The notes: generated from the sequence alone by a model not told the origin. 64,000 nucleotides of DNA from Chloroflexota bacterium (GCA_027623195.1 JAQBUT010000012.1:1-64000), one strand, 5' to 3'; positions 37,749-48,470 are shown, counted from the first letter of the stretch. Numbers and translations are program-made.

Positions 37749-38669
37749 ATGGCAGATAAAGAAATTAAAGGTGTAGTCGTACCGATTCTTACACCACTGA
37801 AACCCGATGAGTCGGTGGATGTGCCTTCGTTGCGTCGCCTGGCCAGCTACCTGGTCGACAATGGCGTGCATGGCATCTGGGTTTCCGGCACCACTGGGGA
37901 GTTCGCGAACCTTTCGGACAAGGAAAGGCTCATCAGCATACAGGCAGTCGTAGACGAGGTTGCGGGCCGCGTGCCGGTGATTGGCAACGTGTCCGGCGCC
38001 AGCACGCAGCTGTCCATCAACATGGCCCTGGAAGTCCAGGAGATGGGGCTGGATGGCATAGCCGTGACACCTCCTTACTACTATCCAAATGCGCAAGACG
38101 AGGTGCTGGACCACTACCGGCACATTCGCAGCCGGGTGGGCACGCCCTTGTGGGTGTACAACATCCCGCAGACGGTGAAGACGGCCGTAGCGCCTGGAAC
38201 CGTCGCGACCCTGGCCAGTGAGGGTGCTGTGGTTGGCGTCAAGGACAGCTCCGGCGCTGGTGAGCTTCTGGCCGAGCTTAACGTGCTCTGCCAACAGGGC
38301 GAGCTCTCCCTGCTACGCTTCTTGGGAACGTCCTACCGCATGACGGTGGCTAAAGGCGTGGGTGTGCAGGGCGTAATCCCTGGCATAGCCAATCTGATTC
38401 CCGCCATCTCAGTCGCGTGCTGGGACGCCGGTCAGGCTGGCGACGAGGCCAAGGCCAAAGAGGCTAATGCCAAGCTGCTGGCTTTCATGAAGCTGGGCAA
38501 GCTTGCCAAGGGAGGCAGTCCTAACGCGGCTGCGTTCGGCGGCATGAAGTCTGCTTTGAAGATCATGGGCGTCATCGACGACGACAGGATGTCCCGCCCC
38601 TTCCGTTCCTTCACCGACGACGAGAAAGCCGGCATACCGCCGATTCTCAAGGAATTGGGCCTGGCGTAG
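37749..38669 (+). CDS. Dihydrodipicolinate synthase/N-acetylneuraminate lyase family aldolase
   Basis: GTTGE, PPYY, YNIP and GVKDS motifs. Confidence 0.92.
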   Translation: MADKEIKGVVVPILTPLKPDESVDVPSLRRLASYLVDNGVHGIWVSGTTGEFANLSDKERLISIQAVVDEVAGRVPVIGNVSGASTQLSINMALEVQEMGLDGIAVTPPYYYPNAQDEVLDHYRHIRSRVGTPLWVYNIPQTVKTAVAPGTVATLASEGAVVGVKDSSGAGELLAELNVLCQQGELSLLRFLGTSYRMTVAKGVGVQGVIPGIANLIPAISVACWDAGQAGDEAKAKEANAKLLAFMKLGKLAKGGSPNAAAFGGMKSALKIMGVIDDDRMSRPFRSFTDDEKAGIPPILKELGLA

Positions 38670-38685
38670 GTAGCTTTTTGTTCAC

Positions 38686-38722
38686 CTTAACTCGCCGTCG
38701 TTAGATATGCGGCGAGTTAAGG
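38686..38722. terminator. Hairpin between convergent genes
   Basis: CCTTAACTCGCCG/CGGCGAGTTAAGG 13-bp inverted repeat. Confidence 0.7.
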
Positions 38723-38753
38723 CGTTTGAGCCCTAATAACGATTCGGATTCGG

Positions 38754-39662
38754 TTAAGACGGTTCATGTACTGGGCGCACAATGTCAAGATAGTCCTTAC
38801 GCCAGAAACGTGTCTCGGTCGTGAATTTCGCCTGGTCGTACAACCGTTCTAGAATGGCGACGGCCTGTTTGAGGTTCCAGCCGAAAAGTTTGAAATATTC
38901 CCATGTGGTTTTGCTGAACCAGTGAATCACACTCGTCACTATGTATAATGCTCTGGTCAAGGTCATATCCTGTTCTAACTTTGATCGGCCGTCTACTTTT
39001 CTTAGCGCTAGTGAGATGTTGGCCCAGAATCGCCCGTGTGTAAGACCGGATAGTAGTCGGTAATCCAAGCTATCATTAAAGGCGCTCCTGGCTAGGTCCG
39101 TCGCCCCGGGCATGCCGTCCCCAAATCCTATTAATCTGTTTCTTCTGTCCAACTTATGTCTTATGCCAAGGCTGGTGGCCCGATCTTTCAGGTGTTCAAT
39201 TCTCTTATCGATTACTAATGATGCATCCTGGAAATGGCTCGAGGTATTTATTTCTTGGGCGATGGCATCTCGACCGAAGGTCGCTTGTTCCCGAAGCTCT
39301 TGAAGTCTTAAACTGAAACTCCGTGAAACACGTTCGTGGCCGTCAATCGAAGTGTCCAAAAGCCAGTACCCCGTCGAAGATGACTCCAATATGATCCTCG
39401 CTAGGGTCCAAGGCGAAAATGTCATTAACGGCTCGGTTAATGCTCTTTTCAAAAGAGACATATGATCGGCAGCGAACTCGATTCCCCAATAACCTTGTCG
39501 ATAACCCGTCGTTATTAAATCGGGATAGTCAATTTCCTTTTGTTCGAGACTCGCCTGGGAATTCGTGAACGGTTGATGGTCATTATCAACCATAATCGAG
39601 CCTAAAGCGTCCGGCAAAGTTTGAAGAATTTCGATGGTATTTTCGAATTGTGGTTGATTCAT
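38754..39662 (-). CDS. Hypothetical protein, DUF5677/HEPN-like
   Basis: All-helical appearance with LARIILE and YRLLSGLTHG motifs; more AT-rich than neighbours; start uncertain. Confidence 0.6.
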   Translation of the reverse strand: MNQPQFENTIEILQTLPDALGSIMVDNDHQPFTNSQASLEQKEIDYPDLITTGYRQGYWGIEFAADHMSLLKRALTEPLMTFSPWTLARIILESSSTGYWLLDTSIDGHERVSRSFSLRLQELREQATFGRDAIAQEINTSSHFQDASLVIDKRIEHLKDRATSLGIRHKLDRRNRLIGFGDGMPGATDLARSAFNDSLDYRLLSGLTHGRFWANISLALRKVDGRSKLEQDMTLTRALYIVTSVIHWFSKTTWEYFKLFGWNLKQAVAILERLYDQAKFTTETRFWRKDYLDIVRPVHEPS

Positions 39663-39765
39663 GTGGATTGGCCTATCAGGTTTGGGATGTTGAGGATCGC
39701 CCAGTTCAACGTTATCATAAATAATCGGGGTTACAGGTATTGTCGAATGAGATGCGGAGATTTGA

Positions 39766-40626
39766 TTGAGAATTTCACCACAAACCCAAGTCGTAAAAAT
39801 CACCGGAGTGCGTCTGGCCTATGTGGACTGGGGCGATAACGGACCGCCGTTGCTGATGTTGCACGGCGACCTGCGCACGGGCCGAAGCTGGGACGGCGTT
39901 GCCCGGGACTTGTACGAAAGCTTCCATGTGGTCTCGCTGGACGCTCGGGGGCACGGCGACAGCGACTGGACTCCGCGCGGATACCGCTTCGATGACCGAG
40001 TGGAGGACTTGAAGGAGTTCTGCGACGCGCTGGGCCTGAGCGGTATTATCGGCGTGGGCCACTCCACCGGCGGCGTTGTGATGACCTTGGCTGCGGATAA
40101 GTATCCCGAACTCTTTACGCATCTGGTCTTGCTGGAGCCTATGGTTGTGGTGGACCAGCGTTTCCAGGAGATGGTTGCCAAGCGGGCCGACATCGATCGC
40201 ACCACGTGGGAGAGCCGCGATGAGGTCTACGGGTACCTGAGACGGCATCAGGCGGCAGGACGCTGGCGCGACGACGTTATCCAGGATGTGGTTGCACACG
40301 AGGCTTACGAGCGCGAGGATGGCCTCTTCGATATGAAATGGTCGGGGCACGCCTTTAACTGGGCGGACCGCGATGGCGACTTCGTGGACCTCAAGCCTGT
40401 CTTCCAGCACCTGGGCGAGGACCTGGGCATTCCTATTCTGTCCATACGCAGCAGCGACCACAAGTCCAGGGTGCCGGAGCAGCACGCCGTCCAGGACGGC
40501 GTGCCAGGTATGCATAAGCTCACCATAGAGAACGCCGACCACAACATGTACATGGAGCGTCCCGACGCCGTGGCGCAGGCCGTGGCCGATTTTGTAGAGG
40601 GACGGGTTTTGCCGGAGAGCCTTTAA
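39766..40626 (+). CDS. Alpha/beta fold hydrolase
   Basis: LHG, DARGHGDS, GHSTGG nucleophile elbow and a C-terminal His. Confidence 0.9.
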   Translation: MRISPQTQVVKITGVRLAYVDWGDNGPPLLMLHGDLRTGRSWDGVARDLYESFHVVSLDARGHGDSDWTPRGYRFDDRVEDLKEFCDALGLSGIIGVGHSTGGVVMTLAADKYPELFTHLVLLEPMVVVDQRFQEMVAKRADIDRTTWESRDEVYGYLRRHQAAGRWRDDVIQDVVAHEAYEREDGLFDMKWSGHAFNWADRDGDFVDLKPVFQHLGEDLGIPILSIRSSDHKSRVPEQHAVQDGVPGMHKLTIENADHNMYMERPDAVAQAVADFVEGRVLPESL

Positions 40627-40693
40627 TGAAAATAGACAGTAACAATACTGCCCAATTTAAAAAAATCAGTAGATATGGGCCAGGCGTATCCTC

Positions 40694-41696
40694 TTAATCC
40701 TTTGGCCGTCCCAGCACTGGCGTTATCGGGTCGTTGAAGCCCCAGCCGGTGTGCTCGCCCGGCGGCACCAGCCTGTCGATTTCGTCCAGGGCTTCGTCGT
40801 CGATCTTCCAGCCGAGGCAGCCCAGGTTGTCCTCGTATTGCTCCAGCGTGCGCGGCCCCACTATGACCGACGTAATGATGGGGTTGGCCAAGATCCAGTT
40901 CAGGGCGAACTGCGAAAGGGGCTTGCCGTGACGGTCTGCCAACGGCTTGAGCTTTTGCGCAACATCCAGGCTTTCGTCGCGCATTTCAGTTTGCTGAATT
41001 CGCGAATCTCCCCGAGCCGCACGAGAGCCCTCAGGCAAAGCCTGGTTAGGCAGATATTTGCCGGTTAGCACGCCACGGGCCAGTGGACTGTAGACCATCA
41101 TCCCTACGCCGTGCGCCTGACAGAATGGCAACTGCTCAAGCTCGATATCGCGGTTCACGATGTTATAAAGCTGCTGACCACACGCCACAGGGGTCAGGTT
41201 TCGACGGTCCGCTGTCCACAACGCTTCGCACATCTGCCACGCGTAGTGATTGGACATGCCGATGTAGCGTACCTTGCCCTGCCGGACCAGGTCGCTCAGG
41301 GCCTCGATGGTCTCATCCAGCGGTGTCGTGGGGTCGGGCCGATGCATCGTAGATGTCGATGTAGTCTGTCCGCAAACGGCCCAGGCTGTTCTCCACCTCG
41401 TTCATGATGTGGGCACGGCTTAACCCGCCGCCGGTAGGCCAGTCGCCCATGTTTGCGGCCACCTTGGTCACCAGCACCACCTGCTCTCGCTTGCCCTCCA
41501 GCGCCTTGCCAATGATGCGCTCTGACTCGCCGCCGTTGTAGCCGTTGGCTGTGTCGATAAAGTTAATGCCGTCGTCCAACGCCCTGTGGATTATGCGTGT
41601 GGAGTCTGCCTCGTTGGTAGGACTGCCGAACATCATGGCGCCCAGGCAAAGGCGGGACACCTTGACTCCGAAGCGCCCTACGTTAGTGTATTCCAT
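40694..41696 (-). pseudogene. Aldo/keto reductase, frameshifted near 41348
   Basis: N-terminal ORF (LGAMMFG, IDTANGY, TDYIDIY) and C-terminal ORF (MHRPD, GKVRYIGMSN, YSPLARG) are in different frames. Confidence 0.8.
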
Positions 41697-41744
41697 GGAT
41701 TGGTGTTATCTCCTGATTTGTGATGTTGGATGCAAGGGCAGACC

Positions 41745-42953
41745 CTAGACTACCTTGTAGCCACTACGGGTTACGGCCAGGCTGCTCTCGCTCCAGGGGT
41801 GGGCGCGGGCCACATCTTCGTTGATGTCGGCACCCCAACCAGGAACAGTCGGCACCGTCATGTAGCCGTCAATGATCTCCGGCTGCGCGGTAGTCAGGTC
41901 GTCCTTCCACGGCACGTCGTCGATGTCGATCTCCATGATGCGCACGTTAGCCAGCGTGGCGCACAGATTCGCGCTGGTGAAGCTGGACAGGTGGCTGTAG
42001 TAGTTGTGTGGCGCAACGTTGTGCTGGTAAACCTCTGCCAGGTCGCCTATCTTCTTGGACTGGCTGAAGCCGTTCCACGGCACGTCGATCATGAACATGT
42101 CCGCCGAGTGGTTCTCGAAGTAGGGGATGTAGTCCCGCATGTAGAACAGGTTCTCGCCGGTGCAGATTCTGGTCGTGGTGGAGTCCTTAATCTGGCGCAG
42201 GCTCATGTGATCGTACATGTCGATCTCCAACCACAGCATGTCGAACTGCTCCAGCACCTTGGCGATGCGCAGGGCGGACTCTGTCTTGAAGTGGAAGTTC
42301 AGGTCCAGGTTAATGTCGATGTCGTCGCCAACAGCGTCGCGGAAGGTGCCGATGAGCTTCTCGATGTGCGGAATGAGCCACTTGGGCGCCCACTGGTCGG
42401 TGGTGCCAACGCCTCCGCTGAAGCCGCCGCCAAAGGTCGCCCCCTGTCCCGGCAGAAGAATGTTGGTCTTCAATGCCGTGAACCCACGGGCCTTGACCTC
42501 CTTGCCCAACGCTGTGACCGCGTCCCAGGAGTCGATAGGTGGCACGCCCAGGATGTCGCTGTGGCGTACTCGGGAGCTGCCGCAGTGGGACCAGTAGACG
42601 CGGACCTTCTCGCGGGTGGGGCCGCCGAATAGCTCGGCCACGGAGATACCCAGCGCCTTGGCCTTGATGTCTATGAAGGCGCAGTCCAGGCCGGCGATGG
42701 CCTTCGCTGCGATGCCGCCGGGGCTCTGTCGCGTCGCGCGGTACATGTCCTGGAAGCGCATCTCAAAGGCCCTGGGGTCTTCGCCTATCAAGATGGGCTT
42801 TAGGTCGCGTATGGTGCCCTCGATGCCATGAGGCGATTTGCCGTCGCTGCACTCGCCCCAGCCGGTGATGCCTTCGTCGGTCTCCACCTTCACGAACATC
42901 CAAGGTCGCCAGCCTGCGTCAACGATAAAAGTCTCGATATTGGTGATCTTCAT
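41745..42953 (-). CDS. Mandelate racemase/muconate lactonizing enzyme family dehydratase
   Basis: VETDEGITGWGE, metal ligands D/E/E (LDLN, WLEI, TGEN), APHN and PGWG motifs. Confidence 0.92.
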   Translation of the reverse strand: MKITNIETFIVDAGWRPWMFVKVETDEGITGWGECSDGKSPHGIEGTIRDLKPILIGEDPRAFEMRFQDMYRATRQSPGGIAAKAIAGLDCAFIDIKAKALGISVAELFGGPTREKVRVYWSHCGSSRVRHSDILGVPPIDSWDAVTALGKEVKARGFTALKTNILLPGQGATFGGGFSGGVGTTDQWAPKWLIPHIEKLIGTFRDAVGDDIDINLDLNFHFKTESALRIAKVLEQFDMLWLEIDMYDHMSLRQIKDSTTTRICTGENLFYMRDYIPYFENHSADMFMIDVPWNGFSQSKKIGDLAEVYQHNVAPHNYYSHLSSFTSANLCATLANVRIMEIDIDDVPWKDDLTTAQPEIIDGYMTVPTVPGWGADINEDVARAHPWSESSLAVTRSGYKVV

Positions 42954-43028
42954 GTCGTCCCTCACAAGTTTATTTCATGAATCTTCCGGCACGGATGATA
43001 TCACAAATTACAGTCGTTTGAGGCTTCC

Positions 43029-43057
43029 TTGACAGGTGGATGATGCATTCATAGGAT
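43029..43057 (+). promoter_or_regulatory. sigma70 promoter of the amidase gene
   Basis: TTGACA-17 bp-TAGGAT. Confidence 0.65.
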
Positions 43058-43170
43058 AGACGTTAACCTGATGCCTGAGGAATGAGCCGAGGGTGCTCCG
43101 TCAGTCTGAAAAACCTAAATGATTTGGTGATTCGCAGTACGTTGGAAGTCTTAATAAGAAGGAGCCCGCT

Positions 43171-44592
43171 ATGGTGGATGAAAAATTGGCCTTCGCACCG
43201 GCGCACGAGGTGGCAGAATTAATAGCGACGAAGCAGGTGTCTCCTGTCGAGATGACGCAGCTTTTCTTCGATCGCATCGAACGTCTGGACTCGCAGCTAA
43301 ACTCCTATCTTACGCTGACGTACGATGAGGCGATGCAGACGGCTAGGGAAGCCGAGCAGGCCGTGGTCCGTGGAGATGAGCTTGGGCTGCTGCATGGCGT
43401 GCCCATTTCCGTCAAGGATTTGGAGCTGACCAGGGGTATCCGGACTACCAGCGGCTCGCTGCACTTCAAGGACAGAGTGCCGGACGAGGACTCCATTGTT
43501 GTGGAGCGGGTGCGCAGCGCCGGGGCGGTCATCCTGGGTAAGACGAATACTCCGGAGTTTGGCCACAGGGGGGTGACCGATAACCTGCTGGGCGACTCCT
43601 GTCGCAACCCCTGGAATACCGAGCGAACATCTGGCGGGTCAACAGGAGGAGGTGCGGCTGCCCTGGCTGCTGGCCTGTGCTCCCTGGCCACTGGCAGCGA
43701 CGGCGGCGGCTCATTACGCATCCCGGCAAGCTTCTGCGGTGTGTATGGCATCAAGCCGACGCAGGGCAGGGTGCCGCGCTATGGCGGAGCGGCCGCACCT
43801 TTAGTAGCCAACCAGCTTAGCCAGTCAGGCTCTCTATCCAGGAACGTGCGGGACTCGGCGTTGCTGCTGCAGGTGCTGGCTGGGTACGACTCTCGGGACC
43901 CAGCTTCTATACGTGAGGATGCCCCGGATTTCCTTGCGGCCTTGGATATGGACGTCAGTGGTATGAGGATAGCCTGGAGCCCGGACTACGGCTACGCGCC
44001 TGTGGACCCGGAGGTCGTGGAGGTGTGCGCCCAGGCGGCCAAGGCTTTCGAAGAGCTAGGCTGCACGGTGGAGGAAACCGACCTGGTTCTTGACGCGCCC
44101 ATTGAGCCTTTCCGCATCGTCTTCTCAGTGAATACCTATGCGGCCATGGGCGAGATGGTGGACAAGTATGAAGATGAGCTGACGGACTACTTCATGGACA
44201 ACATGAGGTTCGCCAGGACTGTCAGCGCGTCCGACTACGCCCGAGCCGTGGGCTACATCGACAAGCTTACGGCCCAGTTCGAAGACCAGTTGGACCAGTT
44301 TGATCTGATCCTTTCGCCGACCATGGCGGTGCCGCCGTTCTCGGTGGGACAGATCCCGACGGAGATCGCTGGTCAGCCTGTTGATGGCTTCGTTGGATTC
44401 ATGCCATTTACATACCCCATCAACATGATCGGTAACTCAGCGGCCAGTGTTCCGGCGGGTTTCTCATCGGGAGGCCTGCCCATTGGTCTGCACATCGTCG
44501 GCGGGTGGGGCGACGAGGAGACGGTGCTAGCGGCTTCGGCGGCCTTCGAACAGGTACGTCCGTGGACGGACAAGAGGCCGGCAGTATCTTAG
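43171..44592 (+). CDS. Amidase-signature family protein
   Basis: SVKD, GKTNTPEFG, GGSTGG and GSDGGGSLRIPA motifs. Confidence 0.93.
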   Translation: MVDEKLAFAPAHEVAELIATKQVSPVEMTQLFFDRIERLDSQLNSYLTLTYDEAMQTAREAEQAVVRGDELGLLHGVPISVKDLELTRGIRTTSGSLHFKDRVPDEDSIVVERVRSAGAVILGKTNTPEFGHRGVTDNLLGDSCRNPWNTERTSGGSTGGGAAALAAGLCSLATGSDGGGSLRIPASFCGVYGIKPTQGRVPRYGGAAAPLVANQLSQSGSLSRNVRDSALLLQVLAGYDSRDPASIREDAPDFLAALDMDVSGMRIAWSPDYGYAPVDPEVVEVCAQAAKAFEELGCTVEETDLVLDAPIEPFRIVFSVNTYAAMGEMVDKYEDELTDYFMDNMRFARTVSASDYARAVGYIDKLTAQFEDQLDQFDLILSPTMAVPPFSVGQIPTEIAGQPVDGFVGFMPFTYPINMIGNSAASVPAGFSSGGLPIGLHIVGGWGDEETVLAASAAFEQVRPWTDKRPAVS

Positions 44593-44620
44593 ACGATGAT
44601 AAATACGGAGGTGAATTCCT

Positions 44621-45826
44621 TTGCAGTCAAAGACCTATGATGTCATAGCTATAGGTGGCGGACTGGGTGGCTCGGCCATTGCCCATGGTATGGCGAAGAG
44701 CGGCGCCAGCGTTCTGGTCCTTGAGGCCGAGCAGGATTACAAAGACCGTGTTCATGGCGAGTTGCTCACTCCCTGGGGGGTGGCCGAAGCCAAAGAATTA
44801 GGTGTATTTGACGCCATCATGGAGGGCGGAGGACATGAGCTACCCTGGTGGAACATATACATATACGACGACATGGTAGAGCACCGAGACCTATCCAGTA
44901 CCACGAGGCAACTGCTTCCCAACGTGTCCTATTTCCATCCGGATATGCAGGAGGCCATGGTACAGTCGGCCAAGGATGCGGGGGCGGACGTGCTTCGTGG
45001 CGCCAGGGTAGTGAGGATGACGAACAATGGGACGCTCAGGGTGGTGGTAAGCGTTAAAGGTGTGGAAACGGAATACATCACGAGGCTGGTGGTAGGAGCT
45101 GACGGCAGGGCGTCCATGTCCCGAAAATGGGGCGGCTTTCACGTAAATGAAGGCCTGGAGCAGAATATGATTTGCGGGGTCATGTTCGAGAATATGGCCT
45201 TTCCCGACGACGCATCTCATATATGGCAGATACCTTCGCTGGGGCTCTTTGCGCCGGTGTTTCCGCAGGGGAACGGGAAGGCCCGTTCGTATCTGGTCTA
45301 TCCAGCGACCTGGCCTTTTCGGCTGAGTGGAAAGGATTCGGTCCAGGAATTTATTAATTACGTGACCGACATGGGAGAGCCTTTGGCCTACTACTATAAG
45401 GCTGAACCTATAGGGCCTATGGCCACCTGGAGCGGCACACGACTATGGGTCGATCACCCATATCAGAAGGGCGTTGCATTGATAGGTTCGGCGGCTTGCA
45501 CCAGCGATCCGTCTTGGGGGCAGGGTATGGCCCTTGCTCTACGAGACGCGCGGGTGCTCCGTGATCATCTCCTGAAAAATGACGATTGGGACGTTGCAGG
45601 GCATGCGTACGCCCAGGAACACGATCGCTACAGTGCAGTTAATAAGGAAGTAGAAATCTGGATGAACCAGTTGCATCTTGGAGTTGGGCCGGAGGCGGAA
45701 GCCATAAGGGAACAGGCTATGCCCAAGTGGAAAGTGCAGCCACCGAGAGCGGCTGACGTGCTGTTCAGCGGCCCGGATCTCGAGCTTACGGAAGAGGTCC
45801 GGAATGAGTTCTTCAACTTAGTCTAA
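44621..45826 (+). CDS. FAD-dependent monooxygenase/oxidoreductase
   Basis: IGGGLGG, VGADG and GSAA...P..GQG motifs (the GD motif Asp is Ser). Confidence 0.88.
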   Translation: MQSKTYDVIAIGGGLGGSAIAHGMAKSGASVLVLEAEQDYKDRVHGELLTPWGVAEAKELGVFDAIMEGGGHELPWWNIYIYDDMVEHRDLSSTTRQLLPNVSYFHPDMQEAMVQSAKDAGADVLRGARVVRMTNNGTLRVVVSVKGVETEYITRLVVGADGRASMSRKWGGFHVNEGLEQNMICGVMFENMAFPDDASHIWQIPSLGLFAPVFPQGNGKARSYLVYPATWPFRLSGKDSVQEFINYVTDMGEPLAYYYKAEPIGPMATWSGTRLWVDHPYQKGVALIGSAACTSDPSWGQGMALALRDARVLRDHLLKNDDWDVAGHAYAQEHDRYSAVNKEVEIWMNQLHLGVGPEAEAIREQAMPKWKVQPPRAADVLFSGPDLELTEEVRNEFFNLV

Positions 45827-45844
45827 ACAATCGAAGCTAATGGC

Positions 45845-45892
45845 AATTAGCAGTCAGCTTTTCCGTTCGAGGAGTGTAGCTGACTGCTGATT
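45845..45892. repeat. Intergenic palindromic element (copy 2 of the AGCAGTCAG family)
   Basis: AATTAGCAGTCAGCT ... AGCTGACTGCTGATT between convergent genes. Confidence 0.7.
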
Positions 45893-45905
45893 TCATGTGG
45901 CTAGT

Positions 45906-46274
45906 CTAGTCCGGGTAAACGGTGGTCTTGCTGTCGGGATGCGTCAAGGATATGTGTGAGAAGTCCTGGCCGTCTTGGGCGCCGTGCCAGTGCTTTTCAC
46001 CGGCTGGAATCACGGCCGTGTCCCCCTGCTCGAACTTGACCTGTTCGCTCTCGTTTACCACGTAGCCTTTGCCGCTGAGGCCGAACAGGATCTGGTCGCT
46101 GGTGTGGACGTGGAAGTAATTCTTGGAGCCGTTGTAAAATGTCACCTGGTTGAAATTGAAATAACTGCTCATTCCTCCGCCGACGATGCTACGACCCTCT
46201 ACTTTTCCGCCATAGAAAATAGGCGCGTCGGAGCGGTCCTCCGGCGTGTTCTGGTCCTTCTTGATTATTTCCAT
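45906..46274 (-). CDS. Cupin domain protein
   Basis: HVHTSDQ and GD...IPAGEKHWHGA motifs. Confidence 0.9.
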   Translation of the reverse strand: MEIIKKDQNTPEDRSDAPIFYGGKVEGRSIVGGGMSSYFNFNQVTFYNGSKNYFHVHTSDQILFGLSGKGYVVNESEQVKFEQGDTAVIPAGEKHWHGAQDGQDFSHISLTHPDSKTTVYPD

Positions 46275-46296
46275 GTTTCCTCCTTCATATTCAGTC

Positions 46297-47283
46297 TTAT
46301 AGTTCCAGTCTTGTGCCTACGCTGTTTTGGATGAACGCCTCTGGGAAGGCGGCAGCAATTGCATGCGTGGCGCGCCATCCTGTGCAGTGTCCCGGTATTA
46401 TGAAATCTGGCGAGAATCCTCTGAGCGATTCTATTACAGAAGAAATAATCGGCTCAAACAGAGGGCCGTTAAGGTGAAAACCACCTAACACCGCGTAAAT
46501 TTTGTCTTCCCCAGTGATCTTCCTAGCGTATCTGATGATGTTCACTATACCAGCATGACCACATCCGGTCATCACCACCAGGCCTTTGTCCTTGACGTTT
46601 ATAACCACGGCCTGGTCATCCAGTATCAGAGGGTCCGGCTGCCACTCGCCGTCGTGGAAGGCCTGGTGAATTTTGAATCCAGTTTCGAAATCGGTTGTGC
46701 GGTCAACTTCCCCCGTTACCAGAACCGAGCCATCCAGCAAAAACGACGGCTGGCGTTCCTCTATGATTTCGAACCCTGCGCCCCTTAACGCCGACTTGCT
46801 TGTAGACGGAATCTCTACGGGACTTCTTCCTGGCACCACCAGTCGCCGTCTGCTCCAGAACTCGGGGTGAATTAGCACTGGTAGTTTGGCGGTTCCGCCC
46901 AGTTCCTTAACAATACCGTCTATGCCGGTTGTGTGGTCGAAGTGGCCGTGGCTTAGAACGATAGCCTCGATATCTTTGGGCGAGAATTCCAGCCGGCGCA
47001 TGTTGTCCACCACGCCGTCGGGGCTGATGCCCGTATCAAAAAGGACATTGCGGGTGCTTTCGTTTTTCGTGATGGAAATTAAGGCTGAGAAGCCGTGCTC
47101 TGCTTTTAACGCGTCGGCTATTGTGCCGCCCTCTAAAAACGCAGCACGTATGGGCTCTGCCTTGGAGCCGCTCAACGAAGGGCGTTTCGCCGGTCCCTGG
47201 TTCTGCAGCAGCATGTCACTGACGTTGTCTACAACAGAGGTGATACTTACGGAATCCACCGGTTCTAATGATATGGTTATCAA
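46297..47283 (-). CDS. MBL-fold metallo-hydrolase (MJ0448-like)
   Basis: EHG, FDTG, SHGHFDH, GCGHAG, GGFH and HCTG motifs; start set at TTG after a GAGGGAG RBS. Confidence 0.88.
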   Translation of the reverse strand: MITISLEPVDSVSITSVVDNVSDMLLQNQGPAKRPSLSGSKAEPIRAAFLEGGTIADALKAEHGFSALISITKNESTRNVLFDTGISPDGVVDNMRRLEFSPKDIEAIVLSHGHFDHTTGIDGIVKELGGTAKLPVLIHPEFWSRRRLVVPGRSPVEIPSTSKSALRGAGFEIIEERQPSFLLDGSVLVTGEVDRTTDFETGFKIHQAFHDGEWQPDPLILDDQAVVINVKDKGLVVMTGCGHAGIVNIIRYARKITGEDKIYAVLGGFHLNGPLFEPIISSVIESLRGFSPDFIIPGHCTGWRATHAIAAAFPEAFIQNSVGTRLEL

Positions 47284-47454
47284 TTGTTCTCTCCCTCGGC
47301 GAGGCCAGTATAAACGCGCTCGACAATAGGTGTCAAAATCGGTGAACGGACGGCTATAAGCCCGGAAACTTGCCTTAATGCAGACTGTATTGTATAAATG
47401 GTGCGGCAACTCAGCTTATTTAAATCGCTGGTAGGAGGATCATCACAAATACCT

Positions 47455-48432
47455 ATGAAAGCAGCAAGGATATCTAGTCCCAAGCAATTTGAAGTAATGG
47501 ATGTAGAGATACCTACTATTGATACAGGTCAGTGTCTTATCAAGCTGGAGACGTGGTCGGCTTGCGGCAGTGACATTCGCCACGCATACGGGCCAGTGCA
47601 TGCGGAAGAGAACTATCCCATGAGGATAGGCGGCGCTTGCCACGAATGTGCAGGGACCATAGTGGAGAGCCGCTCTGATAAGTTCAAGGAAGGTCAGAGA
47701 GTCATCGTGTTGCCAACACGTGAAGGGCATGGCGGCTTGGTGGAGTACCTGCCTGGAGACGAGGGGCGCATGGCGCTGCTCCCGGATCACGGCGACGTCT
47801 CCGAGTGGGTGATGTGCCAGCCCTCAGGGACAGTGCTGTATTCGTGTCAGCAGATGGGCACAATTATCGGCCAGAACGTGCTTATTATGGGACAGGGCAG
47901 CATAGGCCTATCCTTCACGGCCATTGTCGCACGCTCGGGCGCCAAAAAGGTCATCGCCGTGGACCTGCTGGACAACAGGCTGGAATTCTCCAAGAAGTTC
48001 GGGGCCACGCACACCATCAACCCTAGCAAGGTGAACCTGGATGAGGCGGTAGCCGAGCTCACCGGCGGCATTGGCGCCGACATCACGGTAGAGGCCGGCG
48101 GTTACCCTGAAACGCTTGAGGGTGCACTAAGACTGGTGAAGAACCTTGGGAAGACCATTATCTTCGGTATTCAGGGAGGCGTTGCAGGACATCGCACGCC
48201 AATCGACACCAGCCTTTTCCTGCGCCGGGCACCCACGATTATCCCCACGCAGGGAGCCACCAGCGGTGACCCTATCACCCACATCGAGAACATGATTGAG
48301 CTTCGAGAGCGGGGCTGGTGGGACCCCACCGAAATGGTAACGCACAGGATGCCATTCGACGACGTGCAGAAGGCATATGACATGTACGAGAACTACGATG
48401 ACAACATTGTCAAGGTGCTGTTGTCGCTTTAG
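47455..48432 (+). CDS. Zinc-binding (MDR family) dehydrogenase
   Basis: CGSD, CHE and GQGSIG motifs; lacks the structural-zinc Cys cluster. Confidence 0.9.
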   Translation: MKAARISSPKQFEVMDVEIPTIDTGQCLIKLETWSACGSDIRHAYGPVHAEENYPMRIGGACHECAGTIVESRSDKFKEGQRVIVLPTREGHGGLVEYLPGDEGRMALLPDHGDVSEWVMCQPSGTVLYSCQQMGTIIGQNVLIMGQGSIGLSFTAIVARSGAKKVIAVDLLDNRLEFSKKFGATHTINPSKVNLDEAVAELTGGIGADITVEAGGYPETLEGALRLVKNLGKTIIFGIQGGVAGHRTPIDTSLFLRRAPTIIPTQGATSGDPITHIENMIELRERGWWDPTEMVTHRMPFDDVQKAYDMYENYDDNIVKVLLSL

Positions 48433-48470
48433 TTGTCAGGCGGGTTATTTAGCTAAATTTCGCTAAGAAG

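Noticed and set aside
41730..42632. 300-aa plus-strand ORF and similar long antisense ORFs (for example 39775-40542, 52850-53605, 23998-24624)
   Set aside because: They are shadows of well-supported genes on the opposite strand, with no motifs of their own.
43171..44592. gatA assignment for the amidase
   Set aside because: No adjacent gatC or gatB, and only generic amidase-signature motifs are seen.
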